Below, one piece after another: positions 25,397 through 39,168 of a stretch of DNA of 64,000 nt; positions within the stretch are counted from its first letter, which is position 1, and every line of letters begins with the position of its first letter. Below the pieces are notes generated by a model. It had not been told where the DNA came from. It made no database searches and saw nothing but the letters and a program-made list of their open reading frames with translations. Location: assembly GCF_006345805.1 (NCBI RefSeq), contig NC_042998.1, forward strand, positions 116,126,001 through 116,190,000, in the 5' to 3' direction. This DNA is from Octopus sinensis. Taxonomy: Eukaryota. A program made the translations under genes and the position numbers.

Positions 25397-25501
25397 CTTG
25401 TCAAATCCAATCTTGGAGAGTTCTAAAATATCGAGGTCAATATCAGTTCGGAGACCCCGGTCATCATAACGTATTCTCCCTGTCAAACCCTCTATGTTAA
25501 C
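25397..25501 (-). CDS. Internal coding exon of an ionotropic glutamate receptor (kainate/AMPA-like), amino-terminal domain
   Basis: tttttgcag|GTT...AAG|gtaagc, 105 bp, phase 0/0; translates VNIEGLTGRIRYDDRGLRTDIDLDILELSKIGFDK, matching the iGluR ATD motif EGLTGRIxFxxxGLRTDFxLDxxxL. Confidence 0.85.
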
Positions 25502-26083
25502 CTGCAAAAATAGATTAATGAAAGAATAAATGAATGAATGAATAGATGAATATAGGATATGGTGCAGAGGTAAGCTCTCAAGAGGCGCTTCTCTCTAAAA
25601 GAAGCAATAAAGTTATCGCTCTCATACTAAATATTGTGAGCTAACGACGTGAACACAGCAGAATAATTATGTGAAGCAAGAACTCTGATCAAGTAAGGTT
25701 GGTTTCTCAATATATTATTGAATTTAAATGATTGAATAATAGAATACTGTGGTTACTGCCCACATAGTTTCATTCCTTGTATATTTCAGTCATTCCTCTA
25801 ATGACATCCTAGAAAACAAATCTAAACGCCCCTCAGCTATTGTCAGTCTCGGACATTCGCCAAGTAATTACTCCTACAACAATGATAGCACACCGTCCAT
25901 CCGAACACAAAAGCTTATGCATACACATGTATATTCACCAACATATACACACACACACACACACGCTCGCATATACATATGCGCGCGCACACATACACAC
26001 ACGCATTCATACGCACGCGCAAACACACGTTCGATGAAACTCATGTACAATCAATATAATTTACAAGTATATATATATATAGA

Positions 26084-26175
<92 letters not shown>

Positions 26176-26544
26176 GAATATTTTATTTTGAATATATTCA
26201 TTATTCATTGTGAAACAATTTGTTTTCTGCAAGTTGTGCACTATAAATACATGCATAGATACGTATCATACGTACGTACTGTGAATAAAGATAGAGCAAC
26301 ACGAGAATATTATGCTAGAAAAGTACGGCAGTCGGAACACACCTCGTACAAGATAATCTCCCACAATGTATTTGCACTGCCAGTGCTGATACCAGCATTT
26401 GGGGTACTTTACTGCCCTGTCGAAGAAATTCACTCCTAGGCGTTAAAACACACAAATAATGACATCAGCTGGAGAAATCTACAAAAGTAGTGATATCGAC
26501 GCACGTACCGAAGAGGAGATAGCAATATTAATTTCAGATTGTAG

Positions 26545-26742
26545 CACATACCCAGCAATTTCGTGGGAGGGGTAAGTCGATTTCGCTGACTTCAGTGTTC
26601 CATTGGTACTCATGTCATTGATCTCAAAAGGATGAAAGGCAAAATCGACCATGGCTGAATTTAAACTCAGAACGTAAAGGCGGACGAAATGCTGCTAAGC
26701 ATTTCTCCCGGCATGCGAACGATTGTGCCAACTCGTCGCCTT
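26545..26742 (-). mobile_element. Family A SINE
   Basis: aaaggatgaaaggcaaaatcgacc, aactcagaacgtaaag and gctaagcattt motifs. Confidence 0.75.
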
Positions 26743-26931
26743 AAAGAAAACAATCACATTGGTATTAAGTGAAGCCTCTCTTACACTCGTCTCCACTACA
26801 GCATTTCCTATTTGGACTGGCTATGAATGTTAAATCTAAGAACAGGATACTGATACGAAATACCTTATAAACAAAACAGACAACGAAGACCTTGGAGTTC
26901 CAACATGCAACCGAAAATGTTTACGTCATAT

Positions 26932-27351
26932 TTCTTATTTCATTATTGCCCACAAGGGGCTAAACACAGAGGGGACAAACAAGGACAGACAAAGGGATGA
27001 AGTCGACTACATCGAACCTTTGCATAACTGGTACTTAATTTATCGACCCCGAATGGATGAAAGTCAAATTCGACCTCGGCGGAATTTGAACTCAGAACGT
27101 AACAGCAGACGAAATACTTATTTCTTTACTACCCACAAGATGCTAAGCACAGAGGGGACAAACAAGGACAGATAAACGGGTTAATCCGATTACATCGACC
27201 CCAGTGTGTAACTGGTACTTATTTAATCGACCCCGAAAGGATGAAAGGCAAAGTCCACCTCGGCGGAATTTGAACTCAAGAAGTAGCGGCAGACGAAATA
27301 CCGCGAAGTATTTCGCCCGGCGTGTTAACATTTCTGCCAGCTCGCCGCCTT
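26932..27351 (-). mobile_element. Tandem dimer of family A SINEs, both carrying the Tx1-like tail
   Basis: Full head at 27351; tails read tgtcccctctgtg...gtggg(t/c)a(g/a)taa(a/t)gaaata; the second unit restarts at gtatttcgtctg. Confidence 0.88.
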
Positions 27352-30300
27352 ATAGTCATAATTCTATGGAAGACATTACACACGTGACTAGCGGCTGCCC
27401 AAAATTGTCGGCAAACTACTACCTCACTATGCGGCACGACGATGTCGCAAAACTATATACAATACTATCTGTAAAAATGACTGTTCTCGAATAAATGTAG
27501 AGAATCCCACCGTTATTGAATATATACACAAATATCAACACAAGGTATAGTGGTGGAACATTCCCATCAACACATTTGTTAAGTGTTTGCTTAACAGGCC
27601 TGATATTGTTGTACCGTCATAGGCATCAGCTGTCATGCCGATATGAAAATAGATTTCAAAATCAAAAAGAAAAAGGCTAACTATGGAGATATGCTTCCAA
27701 ACCACTAGCTTTAATGTCCAGATTAGAAATTTAGATTTATATCAATAATAACTGGCGCGCTTAGTTTTGAGAGTAAATGCCTAACTGAAAGGCTAGATAA
27801 GTTTGGATTTTCTGAAAAAGAAGTCTCCTAACTAAATTGCACATTGCAAATACAATTTGTTAGTAGAAATGTAGAAATATGCACGACTTTCTACAAGCTC
27901 AGAAAGTGACACTGTTTTTTTTGTTTTTCTTATTATTCCAAATATGGAGCATTGTATCTTTGATAGGGACCAGCTCTTTCTTCAGAGGAAGAGTTTAATT
28001 AAAAGCAGAGGAGAATATACATACATAAATTCACACATAAACAACCCCCCACACACACATATACATACTTGAAACATGCTCTTCATGTTTGATATTCTTA
28101 AGAATGATGCATCTATAAAATAATCACCTTTGTATATTTGAGTGTATCAATCTGCATCTGGTTAATACATGAGAATAAGTAATGCTCCTTTGACAAATAA
28201 AGAGCGACACATATCTATAAATCTTCACGTGTTCTTTTAAAATCAATCTTCATCTAAAATATATTAAATTATAAAGAATAACAAGTATTGTGGTCGAAAT
28301 TTACTTCGCAGATGTTGAATTCGTAAGGTATCAATGTTTCAAATAAAAATTTGATAAAATACAGAGGTTTTTGAGAAGATTTAATATATTTTTCGAATTT
28401 TCACTAATGCTATTGTTGTTGTCATTTAGCTTCCGAGTCATCTATGACGCGGTAAACATTATATCAAACGCTCAAACTTATTGACCATACATTTTCACAA
28501 GTATTACGCTACTATGCAATTTGATACAATATTTTACTGGTATTTCTATAAGTTCAACAGAAGTTCCGGTGTTGCATTATTACGCTGGTGTTTTAAATTC
28601 AGCTTATGTCTTTACATAATAGACTTTCCCTCTTTTATTGAAATATATTTGGAATATCAACCCGCTATGACTAGAAATATCAAACCGCCATGTCAAAAAG
28701 TTGCGGAACCGTGTTGTCATGCGCTATGATGAATTTGCTAATGTTGTCTCTACTGAAAAAATATGCATATTCACACTCACTCAAATGTACTCAAACACGT
28801 ATAAGTATTGAATTATTTCTTGAATAACAAAATATATCCTTTTTAGTTCTCGAATTATTCTTTTATTTGCACTCTTCATATACCAGTCTGAAAGGTTCTT
28901 TATAGGTTTTATGTTTTGTAGATGAGTGAGTGAATTGGAAATGAAAGTGTGGGGTTTAGCTACTGTGTGATGTTGTCAGTTTAATTTAGACAACGAAAAG
29001 AAAAAGAAACACTCTTTGAGAAAGATATGAACACAGTTAGCTTCGACTGCCTCTCACTACAATTAATAGTATTTGAGATTAGAAGAGCAGGTGATGTATG
29101 CGTGTGTCAGGTATACAAAGCTTAGATTCTGACAGTGTGTTTTGTTATTTTGCTCTGCAAAGGCAAACAGAACTACAAAAAAAAAAACATGTCTTGAGTG
29201 AATTCAAGTGGGTCGACATTTTGTGGCTAAAAGACTGGACTAAGCGAACATTTTATGAGTGAGAAAATAATGGAAAACGAATGAGTAAGTAATTTAGTGA
29301 AAGCGGTACTGTGGTGAGTAAGCTACTCTTAACCACTACAACTTCACTGTATCTGTTAGAATTAACAATTGAATCTCCATCAAATTATAAACCTAATGTG
29401 TTAAGAAAGAAATAATAAAGTAAATACTCCAGCAGAGTTTACTTTATAATGGAACAAAAAAAGACATTTTGATCGCGGATTACACGAGGCTGAACAACAA
29501 TAATAGTAACAAGAATAATAGTAGTGTGTTGCTAACAGCAGATAATGTAACGTCAGATATTGAGAGTATTTTTTAATATATATTTCACTGGAAAAATTCT
29601 TGTCACGGAATGCAAATTGTTCAATTTTTTTACAAAGTACCTACATTCGATTTAGACGCCTTCGATATTATTTGACACGGGAAAAATATAAAACTGAAGA
29701 TATTTAAGAAATATTGGATATCTTTGGCAAAGTAAAATACTCATTACATTAACCCCATAAATTCTAAATATATTTTGGTTATTATGTTGTTATGGAGGAC
29801 AGTTATATTTTCAGTTTAATTAGATTCCCTTCTTAGATATTTGTCTGATGAAAACATTGGCCAACATTAGTTATAAATTCACTTTCTATCATTGTCGTGT
29901 ACAAATTTTACAACTAGGCATGTCGGTTTCTACACAGACAGATAGACATAGGACACGCATATTCATCCGTTTATTTTGATACTTCGTGATTTAAAACGTT
30001 ATATTTTTAGAATCAAATTCCTCTTAAAATGTATTTAGTTGATTTATTGTTTTATTTTCCAGAACCTGTGCCATTGCATTATGCAGTAGTTGTTGATTTC
30101 AATTTATAAATAAATAAATAAATAGATCTAAAGAAGACAATTTAATAACACATTAAAAAATTATGCTCAATTCAGAAACATAATATAAATATAGAAAAAA
30201 TAAAAACTATGATAATACGAATTTAGAAATATCTAGAGACTCGCAAATTGATGCGTTTCAATAAAGTAACATTTACATAAATGGAAAATTTCTTGACAAT

Positions 30301-30961
30301 GCTGTCTCTAAGAACAACAATTATAGACTAATTACATAAATAGTTCACTTTAAACACAATCCAAATATTAAAAATACATTAAAAGAATCAAGCAATTAAA
30401 CATATTTATTTGAATACTTTTCCAAAGCATGTTGTTATTTTTATTAATAATATTAATTAAAGAAAATAAAATATGTGAAGGAAATTATTATTCATAACAA
30501 ATTGTTAGACAAAACAACAAATTGAGATTCACCGAAATTAAAATTCACAGCAAATTTCAGCTCTGAGTAAATTTTTAGATGAAAGTTAAACATAAATTAT
30601 AATTAAAAAATTAAGAAATATTTCTTCAATAATAACAATGTATTTAATAAGACGACTGCATCTAAACCAGATAAAAAAAAATTACATTAATCACATTTCC
30701 GGATGTACAAAAAGAAAACAATTTGAAAACTTGAAAATTATTCTAAAATATAACGTCATAATACTCTAAAATTAAACAAGTAGAATAGGAAAACACTCAG
30801 AATAGCTTCAAATGAGTGTGCTTACGTTTTCAATTTTCATTGTGCTACTAAATGACTGTACCATTTAGGAATTCAAATATAAAAAGCAAATTGCGAAAGA
30901 AGCAATACACGCGAAATAGAATGTGATTATATGTAGATACTTACGTACGTGCGTTCGCGTG

Positions 30962-30998
<37 letters not shown>

Positions 30999-31199
30999 CT
31001 TCAAAAAAGAGAAATCACTCAGAATGGCCAGTGGAACCATTTAAATTGCTTAGACAAATGCAATTATGTCAAATACCATACGACATAAATTCTTCATTTA
31101 TTAAAATTATCTTCTGCTGTAGAGAATGCGTCACAATTGGCAAATGACATTTGAGACCATTTCAGTATGAGGAATGATTATCTTATAATTTGGACTTAC

Positions 31200-32560
31200 T
31201 GTCAGGAGGTAAGAGAAAAGCCATGGACACATGTTTCGATTTCAACAGAAGTCGTGAACGATTTTAGTATATGTTTTGTATAAGTCCGTTGGTTTCCTGA
31301 TATAAGCCTGGACAATAGATATGCTGATGATGCTTAGTGAATCACGAGTAGAAACTGTATTCGCACTAATACTGATTCCTAATATCACAGCAAACTCTTT
31401 ATCTCATATTCCATTTGTTCTTTCCAGCATTATTCTTATGCTTTCCTTCTGCTATTCCCTTCTACTCAGTCTATCAACTGGTCCTAAATGTCTTTTTAAC
31501 TTTGTTTCCCACAAATTCCTCTGTGCCAGTATATTAATTTACGTTTGTTCTCTTCTTTTGCATCCAACTGTATCAGTAGCAACCATAATTGCAACCCAAA
31601 TCTTGTTAGTTCCAGTTATATTTCTCGTCTGAAATGGTCCAAGGGCTGAAACTATACCTTCGGTTTCAACTTTGAGCTTGCATCGATAAATGTACCTCAC
31701 AATGGTGGGGGGTCGTTCCTGGTCTTCTCTAATATATCGGCACAGTGTCCTCACTAAGTATTGTTGTTCATCATCATATTCTGGTGATATAATTCCTCCC
31801 ATTGTTTCTGCTTCCTTTGCTGAGAATGAATTTCCATTTACACTCTACGTCTTTACTGTCGCCATTCATTTCTCTGTGCTCGCTGGGAACGTTATCTGTT
31901 GGTGAAGTATTATTTCTACTTTCTACTTTTTATCTCTTCACTTTCCATGTCTATTAACCACCCTTTTGCTCTTATTGCTCTTGCCTGGTCGGCTAGCCGT
32001 TACACACGTATTTCGAATAGTCCTTTTTCATTAAATGTTGCTTTCATACGTTGTCGGAATCCCCTTCTGTTGGGTTAACTCCTGATCTAACATTCAATTA
32101 TCGTACGGTTTTCCTTCTTATCCCACCTTCTTCTCTGCCTCTGACTTTGTGTACAAGCAGTCTTTGAATGACGTCCGGGCCTGTGCTGCTCAACCCCATG
32201 GCCCGTACCGGGCGAAATACTTTCACCTTTGGTTTCAGCCTCATTTGCAACATTACGTGATACATTTGTAATACACATTTTAATTTAACATTGAGGCATG
32301 TGTTTTAATATTAACCACCATCCGGTATCTTTTTATCGTGATACCAGCTCTAGTAAGATAGTCAAACAAGACCGCAAAAGACTTACTACTCAGAAGATGG
32401 GACTGTTCCTATCACATTCCTGTATGTTGGCGGCCGTAATCACGATTCTCACTATGAGAAAGTCTTCATTCAAATATTGCTCCGCAGTGAAATCCCGATT
32501 CCCGGTTCATTCGCCTTCATCCCAGGCATGAAGCCATTGGATGCCGACATGTTGTCATCA
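31200..32560 (-). pseudogene. Degraded, probably internally deleted Dong/R4-type LINE
   Basis: Minus-strand LKVETEGIVSA...TRN segment typical of RLE LINEs upstream of the CCHC; abuts (TAT)n at 32565. Confidence 0.5.
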
Positions 32561-32578
32561 CTGTGATTATTATTATTA

Positions 32579-32632
<54 letters not shown>

Positions 32633-32780
32633 GAAGCGGCAAGATACCAAAATCTTTAGCAAGCCGGGGACAATGCTTAGCGGCATTTCGTCCGTTTTTA
32701 CATTCAAACTACGCAGCGGTAGATATAATTGACTAGTCCCCTCTCCAAATATTTCTCGACTTGTGCCTATAATAGAAAGG
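32633..32780 (+). mobile_element. Internally deleted family A SINE between (TAT)n and (CTA)n
   Basis: gcttagcggcatttcgtccg...cttgtgcctataatagaaagg. Confidence 0.6.
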
Positions 32781-32823
<43 letters not shown>

Positions 32824-32834
32824 AATGAAAACTC

Positions 32835-33212
32835 ACTACTTATTTTGCTGGGTATAATGGTATGTGTCACCTGTCCCCAGCCAGCAGTCTGAGATGACAC
32901 TTGTTTACTGGTCATGTTTCAAGAAACCTGCGAAGAACACTTAGCTCCAAGCAAAGCTGATTTTGAACCAGTCTTTTTCAGCTATGTTGGTTGTTGAGTG
33001 TTGATACTTCGAAATACACCAATTACTATTGGTATCACCTATCTCTCTTAATTGACCACAAACTTCGTATTTCCTACTGCTGGTATCACGTCTTCTTTTT
33101 TCATTGACCACAACCTTCGTTTTCCCTACCACTGGTACCACTTCTACTCTCTTCGTATTTCCACTTACAAGTGGTATGATATCCACTCTCTTCATTGACC
33201 TCAACCTGACTG

Positions 33213-33215
<3 letters not shown>
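32835..33215 (-). pseudogene. 3' end of a Dong/R4-type LINE with a reiterated 5' segment
   Basis: Minus strand VIPIVIG-like segment near 33030, short UTR; 5' end abuts (TAA)n. Confidence 0.55.
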
Positions 33216-33257
<42 letters not shown>

Positions 33258-33274
33258 GAAGTAGTAGTAGTAGC

Positions 33275-33332
<58 letters not shown>

Positions 33333-33334
33333 TT

Positions 33335-33852
33335 TGGTGAGAGAGCTGCTTATGACATATAAGTTTCTCTGGGGCAGAAAAGTACGAAGCCCAATATACC
33401 CGCCATCACTATCTTTCTTATAAGAGTAAGTTAGGCGCATCACAACCATATGTGCGCGACACTGTAATCTCATATCAATAAAAAATAGCATATACAATTG
33501 CAGGTGGGGTCCAGTTAGAATCTTCTTTTGGTCGAGTAACCAATGCCTCTCGAAAGGTCCCTTAATAAGACTTATTTAAGGATATTGAACGAAACACCCA
33601 TGTTCCCAGAGGTGAATTATCCAAACCCTAAAGAATTCCGCCTAACACATGCTTATGATGCTCTCCTACTACTTCCGCTCGTTATCAGAGATACACATAT
33701 CATCAGCCACTAAGGGACATGAACAACTGGTTAAGGTCAAGCAACTGACAAGCAAATATGCTGTATTGAGCAGAATATTTGCTGTAGCTCATCTTTTATA
33801 GCAAGCGAACACTTGTATATGAGAACACTTCCAATCACTTAACATCAGAGGC
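33335..33852. mobile_element. Family X interspersed repeat, copy 2
   Basis: Opposite orientation to 9644-10190; direct homologue of 37965-38420. Confidence 0.7.
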
Positions 33853-35189
33853 TGACACGGCATCATTAATCTTACTTATTTTTCTTCATTTTTGATGCTA
33901 CTATCATGGTAAGCTTCAAAAGTATTGCTCTTCTACATTAACATTTTATTCTTAAAAATAATAACAATTAGAGTCACTTGTTATTGTCACTAATATTATC
34001 AGTTGTATTAGTATCATTTATTTCAACTTACGTTTAGTACTTCTATTATTGATATAGCTGTATGAACGTTGTTAACGATGATAGTATTGTTAATGTTATC
34101 AAAATTACTATTAATGTTTTGTTTTCACCCTTTACTTGTGTGATTAATAATTAGCATTAAAACTGACTGTCATTATTCTATAGTATAATGAAATGGCAAT
34201 ATTGGATATCTCTAATTCAGTTTATGATATGATAACTTAATAGCAGTGAATTGGGTTAATAAATATTTTCTAAAATACAAGACGTTATACACTTGAGACA
34301 GTATGCGTGGTTCCTGATTTTCCTAAAAATGCCAGCTAAAATATCATATTTCCCAGCTTCTTTAAATATTAATCTATCTCCTCTTCGTTTATTGCAATTT
34401 ATATTTATTTTGTTTCTGTCTGTGGTTAAAGTTTATTAGTCTTTCAATCTACTTAATTACTTTTTTTATCATAAATTTATTTTTATTGCTCCTCTTCTTC
34501 CTAATATGCATTTCTAACTATTGTCTCTTTTATCATTTATCTCTTTCTATGCTTCTTTCTTTCCAATGTTCATCCTATTGTTTTCATAACTCATTTCTTT
34601 TTATTCTGTCTAGTTGCTTATAATCGACTGATGACAATGCGACCTACGCAACAAATTGTTACGTAATCACTGAAAATGTACGTATTAATTGCAATCCAAG
34701 TATAAATAATTCTTTTTCTACGAATTCTACTATACATACAGATACACAAATACTCACACACATACACACATATGCGTTAAATAATTGTTGAAATCTTCCA
34801 ATTATCTATGAAATTATATTGCAGATTATGAAATAGTAGATATATCGGTAAACAATTACTTAATAAACAGAACGTACGTTTAATCGCTTTCGTCGTTAAA
34901 TGATAATAGCAAATTAACTAGCGTGATAAATATCTTAAAGAAAGCAATGCAGCTTAAGGACAAAATATAAAACGATTCCAGACGAAAATATAGCAAAATA
35001 TATACAGCCTACTTGCATTATTGCACGCGTTCGACTGTTCATCCGTCAACTCACACACGCACACATACACACACACACACACCGACACACATTATCTCTC
35101 TATCAGGAGCATATCGGACACAGATATAATGAAAGCAATGTCTTAAGTTTTGTTTTCATTCTCGTATAGTAATATTATTTTAGCCATTG

Positions 35190-35197
35190 TGTCCGAC

Positions 35198-35282
<85 letters not shown>

Positions 35283-35300
35283 CCTACCTACCTATCTATC
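35190..35300. repeat. (TATC)n tetranucleotide microsatellite
   Basis: Seen directly. Confidence 0.95.
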
Positions 35301-35367
35301 TTTCTATCTATATCAGTCTACCTATCCCTCTTTCACTTTGCTCTCTCCCTCTCTATGTATATATATA

Positions 35368-35412
<45 letters not shown>

Positions 35413-35449
35413 ATATATATATACATACATATATATGTGTGTGTATGTG

Positions 35450-35725
35450 AAAACAAATAAACATTAAATATAAATAAACGAGTAAAACTAACGGACAACA
35501 AGAAGACGTGTACAAGAACTGTATTAGCTTGACGGTCGATGGAAAGAGAGAGAGTTTGACGTTTCGAACATAGTTCTTCGCCGGAAAGGAGGATGGAAAA
35601 TGTCCAAAGAAGGAAAAGAAATCGTTCGATAAAATTAGAAAGTTTGATGTTTCGAGCATATGTCTTTGTCGGAAAAGAATTTGGAAAAATCCCGAGAGGG
35701 AAAAGAAATCGCCAACAGCACGTGT
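35450..35725 (-). mobile_element. Penelope-type short element with two tandem degenerate hammerhead motifs
   Basis: Minus strand ccggcga-a-gaac-tat-gttc-gaaacgtc (~35557-35584) and ccgacaaagacatatgctcgaaacatc (~35645-35672). Confidence 0.6.
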
Positions 35726-36559
35726 ATATTTACATCGCAGAAGATATTTATGTATATCCACACCCATACATGTATGCATATATATATGTGTGTGTGTGTG
35801 TGTGTGCGTAGTTGTGTATATGTGTATCTTAATCTCTGTTTACTTTAATGTAAACACTGGAGCCCAAAATATACAGTCGACACTGGAATATTTGCTACAT
35901 TATTACATACACAAATGGACATAGAAGACGTGCATATAGGACATGCATTTGTACCAAATCCAGTACTTTGTCTAGGAATACTGAAGACAAAATACATTTC
36001 CCTTTATGTAAAATCTGATTTGCTTTCTTCTAGTATTAAACTGTTATCTGTTTTTACGTTAATTTTTATAACATTCAAAAATATTTTTTGGTATATCTTT
36101 GAGTTCTTTGCTTAAAGTTAATACATTCCTATAATATTCGTGTTATATCTACGAAACGTTTGTTAATATCACACACACAGAAACATATACCAATTTTAGA
36201 CTTATATATAATTATATATCTATTTTAATTTTTGGTTCAATTAACGTGTCTATTGGTTATTAAGCTGCTTAAGTTGTTTTTATTAGTTGCCGTTCGATGG
36301 CGTAGAAGTAGAGTTTATCGTATGCTATAATTTAAATTTATGGTCCATGCCATTTATCTGTCTGCTAACTAATTTTATCGTTTGTAATTAACTAATTTAT
36401 TTTCTAGACTTTTGTTTTCATTACAATTTTAAGTTGTCTTTTGTTATTAACAAGTCAACTAGATGAATTTCTTTTTCCCGAGAATTAGTTTTAAACATAC
36501 TTAATTGTATAATGATACGTATACTATACATGTGAGTGTAAGAGTGAGTACGCATGTGT

Positions 36560-36596
<37 letters not shown>

Positions 36597-36843
36597 TGTG
36601 TGTACTGTATTGTATGTTTGTGGCATCTTGTACTCAGACACACATCTAATACAAACACATTTATAATATTCTGATTGCTTCGTAACCTTAGTTCTTATTG
36701 AAGAAAATTATGAAATATCATCAATATAAGTAATTTCAGATATTCAATAGAGATATTGCTCCTCTTACTAATTTGGAATACAGAAAATAAAGAAAAGATA
36801 ATATTGAAGTGGAAATTTCTGTTTCATTTGTGTCATGAGACAT

Positions 36844-36904
<61 letters not shown>

Positions 36905-37964
36905 ATATGAATTAATTGATGACGGTAGATGTGTTAGGTCGATTGAGATGATAGATTGTTTGAATATAATAAAAGTTATATATTATCGAAATATTTTCAT
37001 AGCTGATTGGTTTCAGTTTCTGCTGCAGTGAACCCAATCCAAAAGAAGTGAGCTGGCCGATGCAGAGCTGCTGATATCTAATATCTATGTTTAATTCTCC
37101 AGTTCTTTACGGTTTGAGCAACAAAATCAACTAATTGGAGGGAATGGAGCACTGTATCTGTTTTCTAATGCCACTTTTGCCTTCGAATGCTTGTTTCATT
37201 ACCTTGCAGTTCCTAATTGCGAATAATTTCTTAGGCAATTTCTTAGGTAAATATTTTTGTGTTTGTTTTTATTGATACCACAAATTCCATACTATATAGC
37301 ATATGAGGGATGGCACGAAGTGAATATATTTTTTACATCTATAGTCAGACGAAAATTTTGTTATAGCTGCATGCCACTTTCCTGAGAAGAAATATGCATG
37401 CTAATACTTCAGAAAGCACTAGAATATTTTTTGTTTGAAGCCCAAATGTTTGAAAGAACTAAGAATCGAGAGAAAAATAATCATTGAGCAATGCGTGCAG
37501 CAATAAAACAAATTCAAGGGAGATAACAAAACATTTACTGTTACGCATTGAATTATATAGGTAATATGAAAATATTTCGTTGACCACGACATGGGAGTAT
37601 GATGTTCAGTTTATTGCAACTAATATACTTATACTTTTAACGAGTATGCTGTATTTTTGCTATCCATTTTGACATTCATTATATCTAATTATCATTATCA
37701 TTATTATTATTAAAGCGACGAGCGACTGCTGCGTGCTAAATGAACCGTTAGCACACTGGACAGAATGTTTCACGTTATTTTGTCTGTCTTTATGTTTTGA
37801 GTTAAAATTTCCCTGAGGTCGACTTGCCTTTTCATTGTTCGTGGTCGGTAGTTCACTAGTATATTATATTTCTCTCTCTATCTCTCTCTCTCTCTCATTC
37901 TCTCACTCACTCACTCACTCACTCAATCAGTCGCCCTCTCTTAGTGGTATTTCTATTATTATCA

Positions 37965-38420
37965 TCGAGTGAGAGAGCAATATATGCTACAAAAGTGGCA
38001 CTAGGGAACAAATATACGAAGCAAAATATACCCATCATGATCACCCATCTGATAAGGATACAACAGGCACATGCATCACAACCATATTCACGTAACATTA
38101 TTATTTCATATCAAGACATATGGCGCGTTAACCTGCAGGTGAGGCCGAGTTAAAACCTTTTCAGTTCGAATTACAAATCCTTCTCAAAAGGTCCCTCAAA
38201 AAAGTTTGTTTGAGGAAGATGAACGAAACACCTATGTTTCTCTCAATACATGGCTATGATGCCCCCACTACTTTTGCTTGTGATAAGTGATGAACATATA
38301 GTCAGCTACTCAGGAATATGCTCAACCAGTGAAAGTCAAGCAACTGACAAATAAATCTGTTGTATTCATCACAATATTTGCTACAGTCCATCTTTTATGC
38401 GAAAACAAAACATGTGTACG
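37965..38420. mobile_element. Family X interspersed repeat, copy 3
   Basis: gtgagagagc...tacgaagc..aatatacc...gcaggtg..gaacgaaacacc...caagcaactgacaa shared with copy 2. Confidence 0.7.
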
Positions 38421-38885
38421 ATCCGATATAACTGTGTTTCAGAAATTTTATAGACTGTGCTGTACCGTATTTAGGCCTTTAATTTTGATATAACACAAGG
38501 CGCCCCCTGTATCCAAGAGATTTATATAAGAAATTTCCATAATGTCAACAGTAACACCATTGTTTTGGTTCCTATTCCTATCACGCTGAGTGACCACATT
38601 CAAACAACCTCTTTCTATTCAAAAGATATTGTCATGGCGACGAAGTATACTTGTTGGTTTGGTAAGTTTAACACAGGAAGAGTTCTATTAAGCACGTGCA
38701 TTTTGAGGTGAAATTAAAACAAGCACCAAAGATACAATCGAATGATTTAGAAGACGCAAAAGTTTTTATCATTTATTAAATCTTTTCCCCGTTACTCATG
38801 TTAGAAAATATTAAATAATGTTTGGCTATGTATAGTATTCTATTTCATTTTAAAAATTGAAGTATAAGTACAGTATATAGAGATA

Positions 38886-38992
38886 TTTCCTAAAATAGAA
38901 AATTATAGTGCTTTCAATTTTCTCGCTATTTAGTAGATACATTCCAGTTCCTATTGTAAAGGTAAAGCTACACTGCATATAAATTTTTATAT

Positions 38993-39042
<50 letters not shown>

Positions 39043-39135
39043 CATATATACATATATACATACATATATACATACATATACATATATATATATATATATG
39101 CATACATGCATGCATGCATACATACATATACATGG

Positions 39136-39168
<33 letters not shown>

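Larger units (their letters stand above)
26280..27910 (+). pseudogene. Fragmented Dong/R4-type LINE interrupted by SINEs
   Basis: Peptides ISHNVFALPVLIPAFG, EDITHVTSGCPKLSANYYLTMRHDDVAK, WWNIPI..NRPDIV and IITGAL. Confidence 0.7.
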
